Notes under the pieces: generated by a model
Seen by the model: the letters and a program-made list of their open reading frames with translations, nothing else
Database searches by the model: none
Told to the model about the DNA's origin: nothing
Assembly: GCF_964204645.1 (NCBI RefSeq)
Contig: NC_134033.1
Location: forward strand, 12,904,655 to 12,968,654
Origin: Tubulanus polymorphus
Lineage: Eukaryota; Animalia; Nemertea
Length of the DNA stretch: 64,000 nt
Direction of reading: 5' to 3'
In this document: piece after piece, positions 55,941-64,000 of the stretch
Numbering within the stretch: the stretch's first letter is position 1
How the letters are laid out: each line of letters opens with the position of its first letter
Translations under genes and position numbers: made by a program

Positions 55941-58900
55941 CTGCCGAGTTTAGTCTTAAGTAGTTCACTTTAAGTACGTTGCACCCTTATGAAATATGTA
56001 TCACATATTCAACGAAGAATCGACCCGGTTAAATATCTCCTATTGTAGATGTTACGTGAGAGATGTTCGAATACAGATAAGCTTAATGGCGAATATGAAT
56101 TAATAATTGAACGTTAAGTTCTCGAGTGAAAATTGCTACAAATATTGATATGAATTGCGGTGGATTGTTCCGAACTCGGTGTGAGAGGTGAAGATTAAAG
56201 AAAACACGATGAATGAACACGAACAAAATCCGCTCGTCGTAGTAGCCACAATCTTGTCATGAATCAGGCATTTAATGATCACTTCTAGACCCTTTCTTCA
56301 TATGCACTGTTTTTTTTTTTTACTAAGTAAAAACCGTAAATATATATTTATATACATTGATAACGCGTAATCCAAGGGGTTCTGTGTGAGTCGATGTGCA
56401 CTACGTCATCAATATTGGTGATAACAATTACAATTTTTTATTTTGGCATTTATTTTGTAACGCTTACGAATTTAGAATTGCGGACTTTTTCCTTTCCTAT
56501 CACTTCTGAATTACATTTCGGTAGCAGTTACCTTTCACAAAGCCATTTCCGATGTCCCGCCTGCGTTGGGAACGCTCAGGGCTAGGATCTTCGATGATCC
56601 AACATTTCAGAATCGAATCTAGACCACCGACACCACATCGTCGTCAGCGTATTCTAAATAGTATTTGATTCTACAATCATCTGCGTTTAATCGACATGGT
56701 CCCGGCGAGGTTACTGCACGATTTGCCGCCGGCGCAAATTGAAATCAACAACTATTAGAAATGTATACACATTCGTAGATAGATGAAATAATATGTGCGC
56801 CAAGTGCACTCGTATCGACTGAGATCGTCGTCAAACTGCAGAAATCGTTTCAATCGAATTACTTCCGTTTATGCGCAGTGGGGGCTTATCGAGTTCATTT
56901 ACGAAATGAAAGACTCGATATCGCTTACAGATATCACCAGGGGTAAAACAGGGGTAGTCTTCGACGCGCATTTTAAGAAAGATTGCTTTTCAAAATCTGC
57001 CGACAATTCTTTAGACACTGAAAGGCTGGTTCGGAATACTTATGCAATCTTACCGAAGTCTCGCGTCTACGCAGCAAAATCCAAGATGGCCGCTTAGATG
57101 GTATTGATCCTTAAACTTAACTAATAACTAATTCATATTCATAAACGCAGAAATGAGGTTCAAATTCGCACGCCTAAAACATCGACTAATTTTATATGAA
57201 ATCTATATACTTCACTAACGTAAATGTTAATTTATTGATGTTGCTTCTATACATCTTGGTCAGGTAAGAAATTTCACAGAATACGAAGACACACACACAT
57301 ACATTATATTTACAAACAGGTGATAATATTAGACATCGATATAGATAGTGATAAATACAGGTTCCCCACGCGCGGAATACTAAGTATTGTGAAGAAGTAA
57401 TAATCGAGTATGTTTCGCTGGTAAAACTAAAACAGCAACTTTAAAAATGTGCAGTTCCGAATACACTGCGATCACGCGCTTCTAAACCCCTTGCGTTGGT
57501 CAATATCAATCAGCGTTCGGCAGACTTCTTTTGCCAAACAAGGGTGTGGCTAGTTTTCAAATGAAAACATTCGGTTAGCAAACAAACCATCAATCATTGC
57601 CGAATATCAGCGCGTATATTCAAATATAATCTAACGCTCCTCCTCATTTGATTTTATCAATGTTGATAACGTTCCGACATCAATTTTCGATCTTGCACGC
57701 AATGTGTAATTACGGGCTTCTTTTATTATTCCATTATTCAATTTGAAATCACGCCATAAATTCGACGGATAGAATGCATTTTTACGGGGGATCGGTCGAC
57801 TGAAACTAAGTACATAAACGATGTCTAACACGAACGCACTTAACCCGGCTCGATTTAACATAGCGTTTTCAATAATTTCACCATCGCCATGATAGAATCA
57901 TTTGGAATTGTTTTGATATCACAATCATTCAGTTTACATCAAGGGCAAGCTTCTAACTGTATAATTACACAATCATGATAAAAAAGGCCAGCTTCAGTCT
58001 GGTCTAAAGGTGTTAGATCGGCCTTAGAAAGAAGATGGCCGTGATTTGAGTTTTGCTGCTTGTGAAGAAGATATGACTAAGTTAAAGCTACTCCATAAAA
58101 CTGGCCATTTTCGTACTGGAACTTGTATTGTTGATCAGACCTGTCTTTTAAACGTATCGGTAAGCCTCTCTTTGTCTGGATGTAAAGTTCTTTTTGTGGT
58201 TTTATTGCTTATTTCTATATCGATTCGCACGGCGAAGAGATACTACATCTAGTCGAATTAGCTTCGTTTATAGAATAACCGAAGCTCTTATTAGATCAGA
58301 GCCACTGACTGTGCAACCATAATGCTTACAGTGAGCAATGATGAAAATATAATTCCTACGGTACTAAGAAAGCCGTGTCAGTTTTTTTTTTGGTCTGGAT
58401 CACGAGCTGATGTTCACTATGTTGCGTCGGGAAACTTGATAACCACTTTTTTGATAGAACGTCTAATATCTGGCGTTCGTAAACTATTTGTTAAAAACAT
58501 CACGACAGGTGAAGTCCTGAACATCAAATGAAGCTTGGACGTTTGACAGGTTTGTCGATGAAATGTCTTATGCCAGGCGTTTGTAGTTCGTGTGTTAATT
58601 AATTTTCAATTCGAAATGTTTCCGTGAAGTGCTGAACACAAGTAAAGACTAGACGCGCAAATATTGGAAGACCGTCTTCTAAGATCTTGGTCCAGGCAGC
58701 GTATTGATATCTGTGGCATCACATTTGAGTTAAGTCATTAACTAACATTTAACGAGAAGAAAGACGATTGATTAGAATTAGATGTGAAACGTTTCAATTC
58801 GTTCTTCAACCCGGTTTTCCATTCAGCAAACGCAGAGAGCGAGTCCGTCCTTCAGCACCTGCATTCGTAGCAGTTTTTCCCGATCGATAGCAATATTCAC

Positions 58901-61900
58901 TTTAAGCACAAAGCAGATGAAAGCCGGAACACTCGACGGTTCGACCGGCGATGTTCGCCGATCCTATTTTTATAATCGCCCGAGGCGAAATCGCTCGGAA
59001 AGTGACGAAACGACGATTTAGTATTTAAATTGATATCGATCGCGATACAGGGGCTGAATGGATAACAGACGCGTTGGGCGCGACACCGACACTTCACTTT
59101 TACCGACTGCCTGGGAAATGAACAGATGTTTTATTCCGGTTCGATACGGTCTGATGAAATATTGACATCTTCCCTCGCGCGCACCGGCCACAAACCCACC
59201 TTGTTACCACCGCGACGCGACTAGTGTCCTGGTGACGATATGAAGTGACTAGGTGTGAATCTACATTTCAATTCGGAATTATTAGATTGCTGTTGTAATA
59301 TTTATACAGAAACTCCGGTGTTAGTCAATAGCTATGGCTGTTATTGGCTTCGGTAAATCATTCTCAATATCGAAAACTAACTTTCATCTACGCTTGAAAA
59401 CCCGATATAGGAAACTTCAACAGCGATCGATCCTTCGATGAGTTAAGATATGAATCTCCTAGGTTGAAATATCGGTAAACAAGAGAACAGATTAATTTTG
59501 ACCCGCATAAAACTGAACGGTGATAGAGTAGCCCTCGAAGTTGACTGCAACTTATAAACAGACACACGAACGATGAGAATCATAACGAATCTACGGAGAT
59601 TCAAAAAGTGATTAAAAATGAATGGCCGTCGATGAGCTGAGACGAGAATATGGTGCCTGCTAATGAAGTTGTTATCTGCCGTGCAACCACACATGACTCG
59701 TCGAATTCACTGTGGAAATAAAAGGCATGGCTTTTACCGGTGGAGCTGATGGCGCGTTGTCAGTACGAAATGATAAATGAAAGAGTAAAAGGTTCAATGG
59801 TTAATCAGTTCAAATAATCCCCTTTTTGATCGAACGAACGACGTGGACAAAACGAATCTATTCTCGGGGTCGTATCCCGACGGGATCGGATGAAAACGAT
59901 CTCGTAACAAACTACGGTTACATCAACACGTTTTCTTTGAGCGCGCGATGATCCGGATATTCATGGTATTCGAACCGGTTGCTAGGATAACCCGTGGACG
60001 TCATACACACAAAAGCCAATGCATCTTGAACTGCGAATGATTGTCCTCGGCTCCGAGTTGAATATTTAAAAGCCGCGTCGACATGCACTGGCGATTAAAC
60101 TCCATTACGTTTGAGTACCATGTCAAATGAAACGGTTATTTAATGGACTGTTCGCGTTGCAGTTCTCAATTTCAGAATCTCCACTCAGTCGATTCCTCGC
60201 CGAGTTCGTCGAAAACCGATGTCGTCCCAGGGCTCAAAATTCGCTGCGATTATTTTTGGTTGTTTCGCTCGGTTCGTTATGAACGATTTTGATTTTAATC
60301 GCAACCGGAAGAGCACCACTTTACACCGGTTGTTGTCGCTAAAAATGCACACATGATTGATGTTTGTAATAGGGAACCTTCGACGCTACTGTGGCAATCG
60401 AGGATTCTACTTATGGCAAGCAAGGATCCGCCAGGTTCGCTCGGAGTTACTTCCGCGTTCAATCTCTTCTATGAAAACCGAATGAACTTTTCTCTTAAAT
60501 AGATCAATTGTTCATGAAAACTCTACCGATTACTGAGATGAAAAATGATTCAAAACTATATATTGTGGGTCATGCGATAATGTATGGATTGAGGAACCTA
60601 AGAAATTAACTAATTCGCCACGCCATCTGATGGGATTAAAAGGTGTTGTGTCCCATTGAGCCCTTAGTCCCATTTAACCCTTGCCTATTTTTTCGCTGCC
60701 CATTTTAGAATGCACTGCACCATACTTTATGATATTCAAGTTTACATTTTAAAAAACAAACCGGAAAAAATTAGATTTTTTTGTTACGGCTCGACCCAAC
60801 TTAACCTGCCATTTGTTATCGCCAGTCCAGGTGGCGCTAGTCGACGGTAGTCGCAACAACGAGCGGTAAGCGATTAATGATGGCGAATCTAGCATCAGTC
60901 AGTCGGCGGTGCTATTGACCCGGCGCGAGATAATTTATATCAGGTAATACCTGTCGTTGGCTCGACGGGAGATATGCGAAACCGGCGCGTAGCATCGGTG
61001 ATTGATCGGTCAGATTATTGCGTATTGATGTTTGGCTGGTGAAAGTGCGGCATTAATAGGTTTATCAATTATAGAGCGCCCGCAACTCTCAACGCGTACA
61101 CACGCATAGCTCACGCCGAGATTTAAAGCGCTTATTATCGATCCGACCGCCGCAGCGTATGAGTCAAAAGAAAGACTTCGATTTGTTTTTTCCGTTCGGT
61201 GGGAAATCTCGTTGAGGCTACATACGTGTACATAGAATATGTACGCGCTTCTGAAATCCGATATAAAAATAACAGAGCTCTCTCACACTCATACACAGCG
61301 CTCGAATCGGTTATGACTTTTTTTAATGAGCGTGTCTGATTTGGAGTAAAACAATCGAAGCACCGACACACCACCAGATGGCGGTACTTGCAGTCGGGTT
61401 TCATGTACATTTTTTGAACTGAATTATTTAGGCACCCGAATTCGAAGAATTATCTTCATACGAGCCACCAAAACATATATATATATTGACTTATCTAGTG
61501 GAAATTCGGTAGAGTTTTCGTCGATGAGTGTTTAAGAAAAAAGGTGGTTCGATGTTTAACAGCGACCAAATAACTACTAGCGAACCTGGTGGATTCCGTG
61601 GAATGCTTGCTTGCCACAGCAGCGTGTTGTCCGCACCCAACAGTTCCACTGTATGCATTGATTTCCACAGTTATACGGATGTATTTTGATTTTTTCTATA
61701 GTTAAAAGAACCCACTGCTTGGTGTGGTTATTCTAAAATCAAAAGACTTAGAAAGGGCAGGGTCCAGGCGTTGTGGAACATAATAATCATGAAGCCTTTG
61801 ATGAAACGGCTAAGAAGCCTACAACATCAGAAATAGTTCTAATTCCACACGCCCTAGAGTCAAATGGTTGAATTTTCCATGTGACTCTGTAGTCAGCCGA

Positions 61901-62366
61901 GTGAAAATGAATTGATGTTGACTCAATGGTCGGGAAGTATATTGAAACGATTGACCCGGTTGCGCGTATGATAATGTTTCTTCACGGTCGGTTTGACGAC
62001 GGAAAGCGATATTCAACGTTATACAATGACATGATTGATTATCGGGCTATGATTGCATATTAACGCCGTTTATGTACGGGAAATTGTACGGCGAATTGTC
62101 CATCAATTATTATATTGCGTTGAGTATAAACCGGTATAACAGAGCACCGCGACGCGCGTGCGCCGCCAGAGACCGCCGCATAATAATCATCGACCAGTTC
62201 ACAGCGAATGGTTGGTTTACCAGCACTGTCGAGTGGTGCTCAGAGCGATGGAAAAAAATCCATTTTGAAATATGTCAAATTCGCTAATGAAATAGTACTT
62301 CACATACAGTCGTCTAATTGACGGTAATTTGCATACTTTTGCACACCCGCTAGATGGCGTTTATCG

Positions 62367-62596
62367 CCGGGGCGGACCCAAGGTGAGAGTGCATCCCGTC
62401 AAAGTGCCTAAGTCAAGTTTCCCTGAAATTTTACGGGAAAAATGAAAAATATTAAACCGATACCCAAAAAAGTTTAAATTCATTAGTCTCTCTCTCTAAT
62501 TCCAAACTTAATGTTTTCTAATGAGCTTTTTTCGGGGTGCCCTCTTTATTATATTATAGGGGTGCATCCCTGAGTCAGACCCTAGATCGGCCCCTG
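62367..62596. mobile_element. hAT-type MITE remnant (CAGGGGCGGATCTAGG-like termini)
   Basis: Left ccggggcggacccaagg and right ccctagatcggcccctg. A related left end, cagtggtggatctagg, lies near 29315. No clean 8-bp TSD. Confidence 0.55.
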
Positions 62597-63803
62597 ATCG
62601 TTACTGTAGCATCCAATTATATAAGTCTAATGGGCATATTTCCTAGATTGCGTCGAATACTATCAGAATATATATCAAAATTTTAGAGGATTAGCCTTCC
62701 GAAGTTATTTAGATCAAACTTCTCCAAAAGCCGGGATAATTCTATCGAATACGGTTGTTTATTAAAATGTTTCATTTGAACCTGTCCAGTCGTAATGAGT
62801 GTTCTCAGTTATGATTGGTTGATTTGTTTAGATTTCTCGTAATACGGATCAATCACAGGTGACGTCGTTTTTACATATCATCAAGAAATCACTGATTCTT
62901 ACTTCTTGTCATAAACCATTTTTTTTCTTTTTTAGTTTCCGTTTATTTCATTGTTTGAGTTTTCGATCTCTTTTGATAAATTGCTTTAACTTTTATTCGT
63001 CTTTCATCTTTTAATCACTCGCTTCTTTCCTTTGTTCTATTCTTCCATGTATATCCTGCAATTATATTCTATGTCTCACGATGGCCATTAGAATAATGAA
63101 GACAAGTCGTAGCTCAATGTAATCAGCTGACATTTCGTCTTTTTTATTTTGCGATTTTCTTGGTACAATAGAACTTGCTTAAGATTTTTCAATGCGGATT
63201 TTTACTTAATTCGGATGAAATATTTGGTCCACTTAACCTATGGAAATGTGTAAACTATCATTCATGATTCGTCGGATTTTACTTAATTCGAAGAAATCCC
63301 GACAATCCCCCAGTCGTCCGAATAAAGTAAGTTCTACTGTATTTATCTCCTCGTTCCCTTTTTAGTTGCGTTCTCATATTGTGATCGAGAAATTTCGCCG
63401 AAATAGCAGCTACTTCGATGCGATGATGCTCCCGCAGAAGTGATGCGCGTCCTTGGAATGTCAACAACGTCGAACCCTTCCTTGCCCATTAATATGTGCT
63501 AACCGGAAATACCTAGCTTCAATCATTTCGAATCTTTGTGCCCTATTATGGAATGTCATATCGTCGCTTCGCCGAAGCGATTTTCACTTTGATCAAAGAC
63601 AGTTTATGTCTTCAACTGTCTGCGTGTGGAGCTTGTTAGTATAATTGAGACGTTCGTTACCGAGAACGAAACGATGCTCGGATTTCCGCGTACCTCCTTT
63701 GTCAGATATATTCTCGAATCTCTGCCTGTAATTCTAACCCTTTTTCGTTTGAAATCTAACCTCTAAATACCGGGATAGACATAGGTATACCTCGATAAAT
63801 CGG

Positions 63804-63877
63804 CCGATACCGACTTACTCGGATCCAGGGTCGGATTAGATCCGAGCTGGATCCATATAGAAGGATATCGATATCGG
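63804..63877. repeat. Small imperfect palindrome
   Basis: ccgataccga…ggatccagggtcggat(tag)atccgagctggatcc…tcgatatcgg. Confidence 0.55.
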
Positions 63878-64000
63878 GAGGTACCGGATTCTCCGTAGTC
63901 ATTGCTTAGACCGTCTTAGTTCCTTAGCCAATCCTACAACTAAAGGCCGGTCTTAGATACATAAGACCACTCTACATGTCTCGAAAATTGGAAGCGGATC

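Noticed and set aside
63196-63297. Two ~26-bp direct repeats (cggattttacttaattcg…)
   Set aside because: Only two imperfect units in eukaryotic DNA; a local duplication, not a CRISPR-like array.

Overview
This is AT-rich, repeat-laden DNA from an animal genome, most likely an invertebrate bilaterian; the species cannot be determined from the window. It contains one recognisable gene, on the minus strand: the 5' part of a cyclic-nucleotide-gated (CNG) cation channel with a TTIGDLPRP pore. I reconstruct three phase-compatible coding exons: 43130-43070, 26183-26070 and 25805-24393. They encode about 529 aa, from the start codon to the end of S6 and the start of the C-linker. I could not find C-linker or CNBD exons in the 24 kb downstream. 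The rest appears intronic or intergenic. It holds several MITE and foldback families (including a nested insertion with a perfect 8-bp TSD), Penelope-like remnants carrying hammerhead-ribozyme-like cores, LINE 3' ends, very long (TA)n tracts and a recent 1.4/2.2-kb tandem duplication. The best leads are: (i) a candidate 5'-end switch in the channel gene, made of tandem acceptors flanking an in-frame stop plus an overlapping uORF; (ii) a TSD-flanked inverted pair of hammerhead-like motifs at 6.7-6.9 kb; (iii) a MITE group whose TIRs carry a Pol III B-box. None of these is proven novel. All alignments were made by eye, and family comparisons are from recall rather than searches.
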